Source: a virus (Duplodnaviria > Caudoviricetes). Taken from it: 37,552 bases of DNA. Shown piece after piece: positions 26,653 through 36,346 of this stretch. How positions within the stretch are numbered: the stretch's first letter is position 1; each line of letters begins with the position of its first letter. The notes under the pieces are model-generated. The model saw only the letters and a list, made by a program, of their open reading frames with translations, was not told the origin of the DNA and searched no databases. The stretch spans positions 1 through 37,552 of IMG/VR virus record IMGVR_UViG_3300020045_009033. One strand, written 5' to 3'. A program made the translations under genes and the position numbers.

Positions 26653-28430
26653 TGGAAAAATACTTCATACAAAACGATACCACAGGTTATTTAGTTCAGA
26701 TTTTTGAAGCTGGTTTTAGTGGCGTATCTACTGAAATATTTGGCAGAATATCTTTTGACAAAGGAAGTGTTAAGAACATTCTTGACACTATAAGAGGCAC
26801 TGGATTGAATCTACAATTAGAAGCTAATACATCTTTGACTTTTGATGAATTTTCAGAAGCCGATGAGCAAACTTATACGGTGCGTGTAAAAAAAGGAAAT
26901 ACAATAGTTTTTAACGGTTTCCTAAAACCAGACGGAGTAACTCAATCTTTTGTTCGTTATTTATGGACAGTGAGTTTAGATTTTGTTGACGGTCTTGGAA
27001 CTTTGAAAGATTTATCTTTTGTAAAGTCTGATGGTTTTAATTACACTGGTAAAATGTCATTTTATGAAGTGATTGAAGCCTGTTTAAAGAGAACAGGATT
27101 AGTAATGACAATTAATTCGTCTATAGATGTTTATTATATTGGCTATACTGGAACAAACATTTTAAAGGATGTTTATGTAAATTCAGAGCGTTTTTTCAAA
27201 ACAGATGATGATACCATAATGACGTGTGAGGAGGTTATGAATTCAATATTAAATCTATTATCAGCTTGCATTACTCAACAGGATGGACAATGGTGGGTTT
27301 ATAGGCCAAATGATTTTTTAAATAATGTTGTGTTTACTGATAATATTTTAAACACAACATTTACGAAAAATTTATACAGGAAAGTAGGTTCTCAAATTGA
27401 TAATTATTATCCACACCATAGCGGAGGTAATCAACAAATTCAAACGAAAGGGGCAATTTCCGCTTATAGATTAAATTATAAATACGGATTTAGAAAGTCT
27501 GTAAATCTAAATCCAAATCTAAATCATGATACACAATTGAATTATGAATTATGGCAAAAATCTACAATTTTCAACACATACGCAATTAATGACCCATTAG
27601 ACACTATGGGATTGATTATGAAAACAAGAATATTGCAAACAGATGCAATGTTGACGTCAAGGGATTATCAAGTAACAGTTGGAAGTCAATTAGATTTAAA
27701 AGTAGAATTATATTCGTCAGCTGATAATGCTACATTTTATTTTGTTGTCAGAGGTTTCAATATTGGATACGCAAAAAATGATGGTACTTGGAGCTCATCT
27801 TATCAAAGAATATCAACTACTGTAAATGCTGGTTTTTCCACTTGGACACTAAAAATAAACCCAACAGAATATCCATCAGCTGTAAATGTTGAAATACGTA
27901 CTGCAACATCAAGTTTAAATAATGAAATAGTTGAAGTTCAATCATGTCAACTTATAAACAACTTTAATTATGATGGAAAAGTCGGCGAGTTTCACACAAT
28001 TCAAAGAAACAACGCACCAAGTTCAATTGTAAAAGAAAACCAAGAGGTTTATAATGGGGATAGTATTTCAGATGTTTTTATTGGTGCAATTTACAAAAGC
28101 GACAAAACAAGTCTTACAACCATTTGGACACGAAAAGATAAATTAGAAGAAAAAAGCCTTTTGCAGATTAGCGCAGAAGATGACATGCGTATTCAACAAA
28201 AGCCAGTAAAGATGTTTTTAGGGGATATTTACGGAGAAGTACCTTATTTATCTATAATTGAAATAAACAACATAAACGGTTTGTTTATGTTTGTTGAATA
28301 TAGCTATGATACAGATACGAATATAACAAGCGGTAAGCTACAACAATATTTTACAGATGAAGTTGCTGATTTGAATTATAAATTAACGTTTGATTATGGA
28401 AATACGGTAAAACCGTCAATTCGTTCATAA
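26652..28430 (+). CDS. Tail tip/hub protein
   Basis: Follows the tape measure gene; 592 aa, beta-rich. Confidence 0.6.
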   Translation: MEKYFIQNDTTGYLVQIFEAGFSGVSTEIFGRISFDKGSVKNILDTIRGTGLNLQLEANTSLTFDEFSEADEQTYTVRVKKGNTIVFNGFLKPDGVTQSFVRYLWTVSLDFVDGLGTLKDLSFVKSDGFNYTGKMSFYEVIEACLKRTGLVMTINSSIDVYYIGYTGTNILKDVYVNSERFFKTDDDTIMTCEEVMNSILNLLSACITQQDGQWWVYRPNDFLNNVVFTDNILNTTFTKNLYRKVGSQIDNYYPHHSGGNQQIQTKGAISAYRLNYKYGFRKSVNLNPNLNHDTQLNYELWQKSTIFNTYAINDPLDTMGLIMKTRILQTDAMLTSRDYQVTVGSQLDLKVELYSSADNATFYFVVRGFNIGYAKNDGTWSSSYQRISTTVNAGFSTWTLKINPTEYPSAVNVEIRTATSSLNNEIVEVQSCQLINNFNYDGKVGEFHTIQRNNAPSSIVKENQEVYNGDSISDVFIGAIYKSDKTSLTTIWTRKDKLEEKSLLQISAEDDMRIQQKPVKMFLGDIYGEVPYLSIIEINNINGLFMFVEYSYDTDTNITSGKLQQYFTDEVADLNYKLTFDYGNTVKPSIRS

Positions 28431-28450
28431 ATTTTTATTACTTTTACAAT

Positions 28451-28963
28451 ATGGATTATTACAAAGGACAGGACAGGATTTTATACATTAAAGTACTTGG
28501 TAGCTACTTACCTATTGCTTGTTTACAGGACAATCCATTTAGTGAAACGAGTGAGTTTATTGACACGACAACACGTGACAATAAAGGCTGGAATACTTCA
28601 CGGCCAACAAATCAAAGCTACACCATATCATTTAACGGATTGCAAGTTAATTCAAGTGTTAGTGGTGGTACTTTTACCGTTGTAAGTTACGATAAGCTAA
28701 AACAATTGAAACGGTCAAGGTCTTTATTGGAATGGAAAATAGAAGGCGAATTTCCGGTAGTTGACTATGGAAAATGCTATATTCAAGAGCTTTCAGAAGC
28801 AACTGCAGTTGATGAGTTTTTGTCTTTTTCTGGTTCTTTGGTTGGATACGGAATACCACTTACAACAACTAAAGGAACAGATGTATTAAACAATGGAAAT
28901 CCTGATGTAGTTGTCGTTACAGATACAACAGCAACACAAATAATACAAACAAAACAGTTATGA
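28451..28963 (+). CDS. Second tail-tube-like protein
   Basis: Aligns by eye with 23232..23675 (PIACL/PVACL, SYTI, W, Y.G..Y...LS). Confidence 0.65.
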   Translation: MDYYKGQDRILYIKVLGSYLPIACLQDNPFSETSEFIDTTTRDNKGWNTSRPTNQSYTISFNGLQVNSSVSGGTFTVVSYDKLKQLKRSRSLLEWKIEGEFPVVDYGKCYIQELSEATAVDEFLSFSGSLVGYGIPLTTTKGTDVLNNGNPDVVVVTDTTATQIIQTKQL

Positions 28964-29523
28964 GTATAAATCCAGCAAATATAACAACCATAAGGGTTGA
29001 CCAGTTAGCACCAGACTCTATATTATTGACGGACATTTTTCCGTTTGAAACATTGGCTGACCAAACATTGAAAAAAGCAACTTTTCAAGATTTGGTTAAT
29101 TTTATGAATATTCATTCGGCGGCTTTGCAATTCGAAATTAAAGAAATGGCAGTTAATCAAACGTACATTGACAATAATTTCGATATTACTGGATTAGGAA
29201 TCAATTTATGTACTGGTTTCGCTATTTGCAACGGTCAAAACGGAACGCCAAATTTAGACGGATTGACAACAATTGCCTTTGGAAGTACCTACACAAATAT
29301 AGGCGGTTTTGGCGGTTCAAAAGATGCCGTAGTAGTTGAACATATACATGTTTCCACTATTACAAAAAGCGTGAACACGTCAGGGGGAGCAGGAACGAGT
29401 TTAGTCTGCAACACCTTAAATAACGCAGGAACGCAAGATATAAACACCACTACTGCGGGCATATCAGGAAACAATAAAAATATGCAGCCTTATGTCGTAC
29501 ATTTAAAAATGATGAAATTATGA
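28960..29523 (+). CDS. Tail fibre/collar-like protein
   Basis: GFAICNGQNGTPNL, GG...H.H, NMQPY motifs. Confidence 0.7.
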   Translation: MSINPANITTIRVDQLAPDSILLTDIFPFETLADQTLKKATFQDLVNFMNIHSAALQFEIKEMAVNQTYIDNNFDITGLGINLCTGFAICNGQNGTPNLDGLTTIAFGSTYTNIGGFGGSKDAVVVEHIHVSTITKSVNTSGGAGTSLVCNTLNNAGTQDINTTTAGISGNNKNMQPYVVHLKMMKL

Positions 29524-30197
29524 TAGACCCGTTATTAATATCGACCATAAGAGTTGGCCAGTTAGTTGAGGCGCCGTTTAATTTAACAGACAACGTGCCT
29601 CACGAAGTTGGAACGGATTTAAGGCGTGGAACAATCAATGATTTATCCACATTTATAGCTGGCGTAATAGGCGTAACTGGGTCATTGGCTTTTTTACCTA
29701 TTTCCGTAACAGATGGCCAGACTTTGCCACCAACTACAACAAACGAATGGTTTTTGGCAGGGAAAGGAACTTATCACCAAAGCGGTGGTTTTCCTGATAT
29801 TGTTTGTACAGAAGAACTAAACGCAATTATAGGGAATGGAACTAACTGGGCGTTAGGTGTTGAAATACCCATAATAATAAGTCCACCCTCTTCTATGATT
29901 AGTCAAACAGTAACACAAGGTGTACTAAACTATTCACCAAGCGAGGACGCTGTTTATAATGCTTTACAAACTAAAATAACACAAGTAACAACTATTAGAT
30001 ATGCAGGAACAGGACAAACATACACGTTGCCAACAGGAGCAACGGCAACACTTGCCTATATTGATGGATATGTTCAATATTTAGAAAATCCTTCTTTTTT
30101 GTCTGATTTAAACATATTTACACAAACAGGAGATGACGTAACTTTTGCAAGTACAATTGAAACAGGCTCTCAAATATTAATCCAATTTTATCTATAA
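29520..30197 (+). CDS. Tail fibre-associated structural protein
   Basis: N-terminus (IDP..ISTIRVGQL) is paralogous to the previous gene (INP..ITTIRVDQL). Confidence 0.55.
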   Translation: MIDPLLISTIRVGQLVEAPFNLTDNVPHEVGTDLRRGTINDLSTFIAGVIGVTGSLAFLPISVTDGQTLPPTTTNEWFLAGKGTYHQSGGFPDIVCTEELNAIIGNGTNWALGVEIPIIISPPSSMISQTVTQGVLNYSPSEDAVYNALQTKITQVTTIRYAGTGQTYTLPTGATATLAYIDGYVQYLENPSFLSDLNIFTQTGDDVTFASTIETGSQILIQFYL

Positions 30198-33100
30198 TGA
30201 AAAAGATACTTTTATTTTTACTACCATTTTTTGCGTTGGCACAGAATCCAACAAACTTTCCTTATGGAATAAAAAACACCGTTGGATCAACCAATTCAAC
30301 ACCAACCTACGTAGTTACTCAGGAAACAGACGGTGTTCACAGAAAAACAACATCGACTTATTTTGCAAAAACAGCCGAGTTGCTAAAAAAACAATTTCTT
30401 TCAACTGGTTTAATTAAAAACGGATTAATTTCGATTAATGCCGATAATACGAAGTACAACATCACGGCAGGAATTGGGGTAATATCTAACTTTGACGACC
30501 CTGAAAATCCAATAAGCACAATCGTGAACTTTCCTGCAGTTACAGCTAAAACGCCCACTTACTTAACAACAGGGAATATTACCTACGTTGCGATAAATGC
30601 GAGCGGTGCAGTAGTGGAACAAGCTACACCATTCACGACAATTCAAAGGCGTGACCTTATTTTGTTGGGGGCGGTAATTCACAGCAATTTAACAAATATC
30701 AATGTTGTCAATAATCTTTCAGCACCAACGAACGCAGATACAAATCAGCTACACGATTTTATGGAAGCGATTGGAGCATTGAACCTAACCGGTAACAAGT
30801 ATTCCGCAAACGGTGCGAATATGAGTTTAGACAAATCGGCTGGTACTATATTCAAATTTGGTGTAAATTTCGCTAACGATTGGAAAAAGCCACACGAAAT
30901 AAACCAAAGCGCAGGCACTGCTATAACGTTCAGATACCGTACTCAGAACGGTACAGAGGGTTCAGATGTCACCGTGTTGAATCCTGCTGTATATGACGTT
31001 TCTAATGTGCTTACTTCCGTTCCATCAAACAAGTTCAGCATTCAAACCGTTACGATATTTCAAACAGGATTGACACGGATTCAGTACGGGCAAGAAGTTT
31101 ATAACACATTGGACGAAGCTGCAGCAGCTATATTTACACGAAATTATAATGTCGAAAGCAATATTCAACTGAACGGAATTACACGAGCATATATTATTTT
31201 GAAAAACAGTACTACATCGCTACAAAACACAAGCGATGCAAAGATAATTGAAGCACAAAAGTTTGGTGGTGCTGCATCTGGTGGAGTTGCTCTAACATAT
31301 GCGGGAATTGTTTCGGCTTTGGGATATACGCCCGAAAACCAAGCCAATAAATCAGATAGCTATACGGTTTCAAGTTCAACAACTTATGCAAGCACAAAGG
31401 CGGTTGTTGATGGATTGGCAACTAAACAAAATACGCTTACTAATCCTATTGCAGGAACAGGTACAACAAACTACATACCCAAGTTTACAGCAAGCGGTAC
31501 GTTGGGGAATAGTGATTTATCGTCTACTGGAAGTAATTTAAAATCTTCATCTCAAGATCTGACGTTAGAGTCAGCTGGTATATGGAATCCCATAAAATTA
31601 ATTGTAGGAGAAGCAGGCGCAGGTGTTAAGATAATGGGTACGTCAGTGTCTAGTGGGAACTCAATACTGAAATTCGATGATACTGCTGGACATATTTATT
31701 CTATGGGAATTTTGAATGGCACATTCTCGCTTCCTGATAACATAAAAATTTCTGGTTCTGGCGCAAACCCCAGTTTAATAGTTTCAGCCCCTGATTTGTG
31801 GGGTTCCGATTTCATATCTTTTAAAACAGGCACTTATGGAGGGGCCTACAACACAGTTGTTGCAAGTATAAAAAATACGGGAGGTGCTTTTTTTAATGGA
31901 AGGTCTACTTTTGGAACCCCCACAGATGATGGAGTAAACACCTTACAAGTAAACGGCTCAACTAAAACAACCGCATTAACATTATCAACTACACCAACAA
32001 CATCTGCATCTACTTACGATATTCTGACAAGAAACACGAGTACTGGGGTTGTTGAAAAAGCTCCCCAAAGTTACATTTATGTAGCAATGTCAGGGCAATC
32101 AAATGCTGTTGGATATACACTTGGAACAGGCGGGGATTTTACGGTAAACAACAGCGTCGAAGTTTGGAACACAAGTACAAACGCTTGGGAAGTTGCCACT
32201 TCATCCAACACACACGATGTTTTGCAAAATGGTTCACCATCGACTTCTAACAACTTGGGATGGCAGTTCTGTAAATTAATTCAAAAACAAACAGGGAAAA
32301 AAGTAAGATACGTATTATCAGCTTTAGGCGGAACAAGCATTACAGAATGGGAAAACACTACGGCTTCTCAATATGTGAAACTAAAAACCGCTATTGTAAA
32401 TTCAGCAATTCCAAAGATTGACTATTTCTTATGGCATCAAGGAGAGGCAGACGTAGCAATGTCAGCAACAACTTTCGAAACAAAATTGAAAGCGTTTTAT
32501 ACAGCAATTAAAGCGGAAACATTTTTTGGTAAAAATACCATCATTTTAAATGGACAGTTAAAAAAGACAGGTGGACAAGGGCTTCAAAATGTTACTTATT
32601 CCAAAATAGAAAAAGAAGCTTCAAACGACATAAGACTTGTATCATCAACTAACTTGGTAGGTTGGGATTTAGCACATTTTACAGGGGCAGAGTTGGATGT
32701 TTTTGCTCAAAGGTACTTCAATGCTGCAATGGGTAGCGACAGGACTATTTATGAAACTATTGCAGATTCATTCGTGCCTATGAATAGTACGCTTGGCTTC
32801 GATTTGGTTGGTACAGGTAGGGCAGGATTGTTTCAAAATGGAAATTTATTTGAGTTTGGAAATTCATCTATTTTAAATGAAAAATATTTGACAATAGGAC
32901 GAAATAGTCTATCAACAAATCCAGTTGAAATGCAGGGTTTCAATGCTGGTGTAGGATACGATTCTTTGACGCTACAGCCATTAGGAAGTGAGTTATTAAT
33001 TGGAACAAGGACAAACAATTTTACGGATAAAGTACAAGTAAACGGTTCAATATTAGCAACTACATTCAAAGGAGGTGCAGCGTTAACAGGAACGCCAACA

Positions 33101-33412
33101 GCACCAACAGCAACAGTAGGCACAAATACCACGCAGATAGCTACGACGGCTTTTGTGTTAGCCAATGCTACAGGAGCGAGTTTATCAGCGAACAATACAT
33201 TTACGGGGCAAAATACGTTTAGCGATTATACTACTTTAGGGGCTCCAATAACATTGAAATCTTACACCGTTGCTACTCTTCCAGAGGGAAATGCTGGCGA
33301 TATAGCATACGTAACAGACGCAACTTCGCCTACTTATCTTGGAACACTTACCGGTGGCGGTTCAGTAGTTTGTCCAGTATTCTATAATGGAACCGCTTGG
33401 GTTTCACATTGA
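30197..33412 (+). CDS. Tail fibre/spike-like protein with an SGNH (SASA-type) esterase domain and a signal-peptide-like N-terminus
   Basis: MKKILLFLLPFFALAQ; GQSN, GGT, HQGE and DLAH esterase motifs; LTGTPTAPTA..GTNTTQIATTAFV fibre motif. Confidence 0.75.
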   Translation: MKKILLFLLPFFALAQNPTNFPYGIKNTVGSTNSTPTYVVTQETDGVHRKTTSTYFAKTAELLKKQFLSTGLIKNGLISINADNTKYNITAGIGVISNFDDPENPISTIVNFPAVTAKTPTYLTTGNITYVAINASGAVVEQATPFTTIQRRDLILLGAVIHSNLTNINVVNNLSAPTNADTNQLHDFMEAIGALNLTGNKYSANGANMSLDKSAGTIFKFGVNFANDWKKPHEINQSAGTAITFRYRTQNGTEGSDVTVLNPAVYDVSNVLTSVPSNKFSIQTVTIFQTGLTRIQYGQEVYNTLDEAAAAIFTRNYNVESNIQLNGITRAYIILKNSTTSLQNTSDAKIIEAQKFGGAASGGVALTYAGIVSALGYTPENQANKSDSYTVSSSTTYASTKAVVDGLATKQNTLTNPIAGTGTTNYIPKFTASGTLGNSDLSSTGSNLKSSSQDLTLESAGIWNPIKLIVGEAGAGVKIMGTSVSSGNSILKFDDTAGHIYSMGILNGTFSLPDNIKISGSGANPSLIVSAPDLWGSDFISFKTGTYGGAYNTVVASIKNTGGAFFNGRSTFGTPTDDGVNTLQVNGSTKTTALTLSTTPTTSASTYDILTRNTSTGVVEKAPQSYIYVAMSGQSNAVGYTLGTGGDFTVNNSVEVWNTSTNAWEVATSSNTHDVLQNGSPSTSNNLGWQFCKLIQKQTGKKVRYVLSALGGTSITEWENTTASQYVKLKTAIVNSAIPKIDYFLWHQGEADVAMSATTFETKLKAFYTAIKAETFFGKNTIILNGQLKKTGGQGLQNVTYSKIEKEASNDIRLVSSTNLVGWDLAHFTGAELDVFAQRYFNAAMGSDRTIYETIADSFVPMNSTLGFDLVGTGRAGLFQNGNLFEFGNSSILNEKYLTIGRNSLSTNPVEMQGFNAGVGYDSLTLQPLGSELLIGTRTNNFTDKVQVNGSILATTFKGGAALTGTPTAPTATVGTNTTQIATTAFVLANATGASLSANNTFTGQNTFSDYTTLGAPITLKSYTVATLPEGNAGDIAYVTDATSPTYLGTLTGGGSVVCPVFYNGTAWVSH

Positions 33413-33434
33413 TAAATTTTAAAAACTATAAAAA

Positions 33435-33683
33435 ATGATACAAATTAAACCGATTGAATTAGGACTGCCAAAAAAATTAGCCATTAAAATACACATTCAT
33501 ACGCTGCCTATTAGCGTAACTGACAATAGTTGTGGCGTGTATTATCAGTTGTTTTCTGAAATTAACGAACCATTAGCAGATGGAAACATTTATTTAACTG
33601 AAGAAGAATTTGCTAAATGGGGGGATAGTATGGATTATATCACTAATTTAGTACTCGAAAAACTTAACATCGAAAAATTATGA
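33435..33683 (+). CDS. Hypothetical protein (possible fibre chaperone)
   Basis: ORF track; position after the fibre gene. Confidence 0.6.
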   Translation: MIQIKPIELGLPKKLAIKIHIHTLPISVTDNSCGVYYQLFSEINEPLADGNIYLTEEEFAKWGDSMDYITNLVLEKLNIEKL

Positions 33684-33765
33684 AAGCATTATTGACGAAA
33701 ATCTATGACAAAATATCCTTCTTTTTATACGGTGGGAAATCTTTAAACGTAAATTATTAATTATT

Positions 33766-33921
33766 ATGAAAAATTGGAAAACAAATTTAGCCGCTTTAAT
33801 CGTAGCGGCAGCAGGAGTAGCAACAGCAATGGGATGGATTAGTGCGGAAGTATCGGCAGCTATATTGACAATCGCAGGAGCATTTGGATTTGCAGTTGCC
33901 AAAGATGGCAATGCAAAGTAA
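33766..33921 (+). CDS. 51-aa two-TM holin-like protein (not in ORF track)
   Basis: MKNWKTNLAALIVAAAGVATAMGWISAEVSAAILTIAGAFGFAVAKDGNAK. Confidence 0.7.
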   Translation: MKNWKTNLAALIVAAAGVATAMGWISAEVSAAILTIAGAFGFAVAKDGNAK

Positions 33922-33927
33922 TTTTAA

Positions 33928-33959
33928 TTTTCCCATCATTAATTTGATGGGAATTTTTT
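33928..33959 (+). terminator. Intrinsic terminator
   Basis: TTCCCATCA-TTAATT-TGATGGGAA followed by a T run. Confidence 0.7.
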
Positions 33960-33990
33960 GTATTTTTGAATAAACAAAACCCCCAATAGA

Positions 33991-34287
33991 ATGAGTACCA
34001 TATTAGAAGAAAAAGTAGACCGTTTAGAAAATCATTTCAAAGTTTATAAAACAGACACACAAGACGTAAAGGAAGTTGTAAGAGACATTAGGAACTTGCT
34101 CACAGGAACAGATCTCACAGGAAAAAAAGGAGTAATTCACGTTTTGGATTCTTTGGAAAAAAAAGTTGATAAATTAGAAGAAAAACAACTTTTAATTGAC
34201 GAAAATATGGCAAATGTGAAGTTTGTCGCAAAAGGTTTGATATCGGCTATAATTGGTTTTTTTCTTTGGCTGTTTACAAATAAATAA
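33991..34287 (+). CDS. Coiled-coil protein with C-terminal TM helix (holin/antiholin-like)
   Basis: Hydrophobic C-terminus; lies directly before the endolysin. Confidence 0.55.
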   Translation: MSTILEEKVDRLENHFKVYKTDTQDVKEVVRDIRNLLTGTDLTGKKGVIHVLDSLEKKVDKLEEKQLLIDENMANVKFVAKGLISAIIGFFLWLFTNK

Positions 34288-34289
34288 AT

Positions 34290-34757
34290 ATGAAAACCTC
34301 ACAAATTGGAATTGATTTGATTAAATTTTTTGAAGGTTTACACGATGGTAATTTAAAAGAAATCGGATTGCAGCCTAAAAAATGTCCTGCTGGAATATGG
34401 ACAGAGGGGTACGGTCACGCAATGCGAGATGCTAATGGCAATTTTCTAAAAGGCGCAACCGCACCGAAACACACTATTACAGAAGAGTATGCCGAAGTAT
34501 TATTGAAAAGAGATTTATCAGTTTTCGAAAGCATAGTAGCGAGAAAAATCACACAACCTTTGAAACAAAATGAATTCGATGCAGTTGTTTCATTTACTTA
34601 CAACACAGGCGGCAGCAAGACTCTTTTTGAAATGGTAAACAGTCAAAATCCATTATTAAAAGCGTGGTGGATTTCTCACTATATTACAGGGGGTGGAAAA
34701 GTTTTGAAAGGACTTCAAGAAAGAAGAAAATCAGAAGTTAAATTGTTTTTCTTATGA
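34290..34757 (+). CDS. Endolysin, GH24 phage lysozyme
   Basis: FEG...CPAGIWT.GYGH, QNEFDA.VSFTYN.G, LKGL..RR..E..LF. Confidence 0.92.
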   Translation: MKTSQIGIDLIKFFEGLHDGNLKEIGLQPKKCPAGIWTEGYGHAMRDANGNFLKGATAPKHTITEEYAEVLLKRDLSVFESIVARKITQPLKQNEFDAVVSFTYNTGGSKTLFEMVNSQNPLLKAWWISHYITGGGKVLKGLQERRKSEVKLFFL

Positions 34758-35170
34758 TACGCAAACACTCTTTAGAATTGGCTGTTATTTTAGCGATGAT
34801 TATATTGCTTTTTTTCGCTTATGGTTGCGGTGGAACTCGTCAAGTTACATCCGAAAAGCACTCTAATATTGAAATACAAAATAGCTACCATGAAGGCTCT
34901 AAAATAGTTTTAGGTAATACTTTTACCTATACGCCATTTGATGCGCTTAAACCAATGAAAATTGAGGGAAAAGAGTATGTAAATGTGATTATTAAGAGTT
35001 ATAAAAGTAAAACAATTACTAAATGGAAAGACCGAAATATTACAAAGACTATTGTAATTGAAAAAACTAAACAAACAGAAAAAAAAGACAATACTATTTT
35101 GTGGATAGGATTGTCTTTCGTGGTTATTTTAGGCATTTTAGCTTGGTTTAAGTTGCCTGGTTTTAAATAA
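34754..35170 (+). CDS. Putative unimolecular spanin
   Basis: Lipoprotein signal (FAYGC) plus a C-terminal TM helix, after the endolysin. Confidence 0.7.
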   Translation: MIRKHSLELAVILAMIILLFFAYGCGGTRQVTSEKHSNIEIQNSYHEGSKIVLGNTFTYTPFDALKPMKIEGKEYVNVIIKSYKSKTITKWKDRNITKTIVIEKTKQTEKKDNTILWIGLSFVVILGILAWFKLPGFK

Positions 35171-35384
35171 AGCCTTTAAAATTAGCGTTTTTAATCGTTT
35201 GAACTCTTATTTCATCTAATAAATTCATCATTGCGAATCCATAAGTTTTATGGTACCAGGCGCAATCCATTCCCGAACTTTTTACAAATGGTACCCATTG
35301 TTTTTTTAATCCAAATAAAGACCACTTTACAGTTTCAACTTCAACTATGTAGCCGCGAGGTTTTTTTATTATTCTAAAATTCAT
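35163..35384 (-). CDS. Hypothetical protein
   Basis: ORF track; converges on the lysis module. Confidence 0.65.
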   Translation of the reverse strand: MNFRIIKKPRGYIVEVETVKWSLFGLKKQWVPFVKSSGMDCAWYHKTYGFAMMNLLDEIRVQTIKNANFKGFI

Positions 35385-35397
35385 AATTTTTAATTTA

Positions 35398-35580
35398 TTA
35401 AAAAGGACAATATTCTTTTTTAGGTTTCGGTATTAAATTAGCGTATTCTTTTTTGATCTTTTCAGCGATTGAATCCCTGATAAACTGCCCAACATCTACA
35501 TTATAAGACTTCATTTTTTGAAGCGTCAACAATTGATTTTCTGAAATCCTTATTACCTTTGTTTTAGGGTGTTTTTGCAT
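35398..35580 (-). CDS. Ribbon-helix-helix-like DNA-binding protein
   Basis: KTKVIRISE beta strand followed by two helices (VDVGQFIRDSIAEKI). Confidence 0.6.
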   Translation of the reverse strand: MQKHPKTKVIRISENQLLTLQKMKSYNVDVGQFIRDSIAEKIKKEYANLIPKPKKEYCPF

Positions 35581-35621
35581 AATTGTAATACAATTTTAGC
35601 GGTTAGTAAGTAGTTAGGGGC
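35581..35621 (+). other. Putative attI-like entry site with an adjacent palindrome
   Basis: The first cassette starts at G35613|TTAGGGGC with no attC body upstream; AATTGTA-A-TACAATT palindrome; GTTAG repeated 11 bp apart. Confidence 0.6.
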
Positions 35622-35625
35622 AACT

Positions 35626-35886
35626 TCAAAGAACCGCCCACTCATCGTGTTTCCATCGTGTTATTTCTATTCTGTTTCTACAGTCGTGATATGTTTCAAA
35701 ATATCCATTAGTATAAATACATTCGCCAACATACCCTTGTTCGTTCGATATTCTACTTGCTACTTTTTGCCCTTCATTTGGCTTTTTAATATAAACACTT
35801 TGCCAAATAAAAGAAGCGGCCCCTAACAGCGGTTTTGAGATATTGCCGTCTTGGTCTTGAACTGTAATATTGTTTTGTGCTTTCAT
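35626..35886 (-). CDS. Cassette A hypothetical protein
   Basis: ORF track; start inside attC-like site A. Confidence 0.7.
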   Translation of the reverse strand: MKAQNNITVQDQDGNISKPLLGAASFIWQSVYIKKPNEGQKVASRISNEQGYVGECIYTNGYFETYHDCRNRIEITRWKHDEWAVL

Positions 35887-35952
35887 AATCTGTCTTAAAT
35901 TTAAAGTTTAGTGTGTGTTTTTTCGGCAACATCACAAAGCCGCGAAACGTTA
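35824..35952 (+). repeat. attC-like site A
   Basis: TAACAGCGGTTTTGAGATATTGCCG...CGGCAACATCACAAAGCCGCGAAACGTTA. Confidence 0.85.
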
Positions 35953-35972
35953 TAAGCTATAATAAAATAGCG

Positions 35973-36197
35973 TTATATTGAAATTATCTTTACAATATCA
36001 TCATCTGTTTCTTCCCTATTATTTTTAAAAACGTGACCAGATGTTATTCTTGAATGTTCTTTTTTACCTGTAAGGGCATCAAAAATAATGTGCGGATAAG
36101 GTCTTGATTTATCGTAATGGTCATAGATAAAGGCTTTATTGTGTTTGCTAATTAAAATGTCACCTTTTTTACATTTCATTAAAGATATTTTGCTCAT
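35973..36197 (-). CDS. Cassette B hypothetical protein (likely start MSKISL)
   Basis: ORF track 35973..36230. Confidence 0.65.
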   Translation of the reverse strand: MSKISLMKCKKGDILISKHNKAFIYDHYDKSRPYPHIIFDALTGKKEHSRITSGHVFKNNREETDDDIVKIISI

Positions 36198-36211
36198 AAA
36201 ATTACAGCTTA

Positions 36212-36338
36212 TAACAACTACTACAAGCAATAGCTAGAATAGTCATTAGGTTAATAATTAGTTTTTGTTTGTTTTTATTCGGTCAAACTCCGATAATTTG
36301 GATTGTCAGTCCGCTACTGCTTGTAGTAGCAAACGTTG
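36212..36338 (+). repeat. attC-like site B
   Basis: TAACAACTACTACAAGCAATAGC...GCTACTGCTTGTAGTAGCAAACGTTG. Confidence 0.85.
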
Positions 36339-36346
36339 TAGGTAAG

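Noticed and set aside
25845-26672. 275-aa minus-strand ORF
   Set aside because: Antisense shadow of the Gly/Ala/Ser-rich tape measure gene.
28960-33412. Diversity-generating retroelement or invertible tail-fibre shufflon
   Set aside because: No reverse transcriptase, TR/VR pair or inverted crossover repeats were seen around the fibre genes.
33678-33911. Minus-strand 77-aa ORF
   Set aside because: Shadow of the plus-strand holin-like ORF at 33766-33921.
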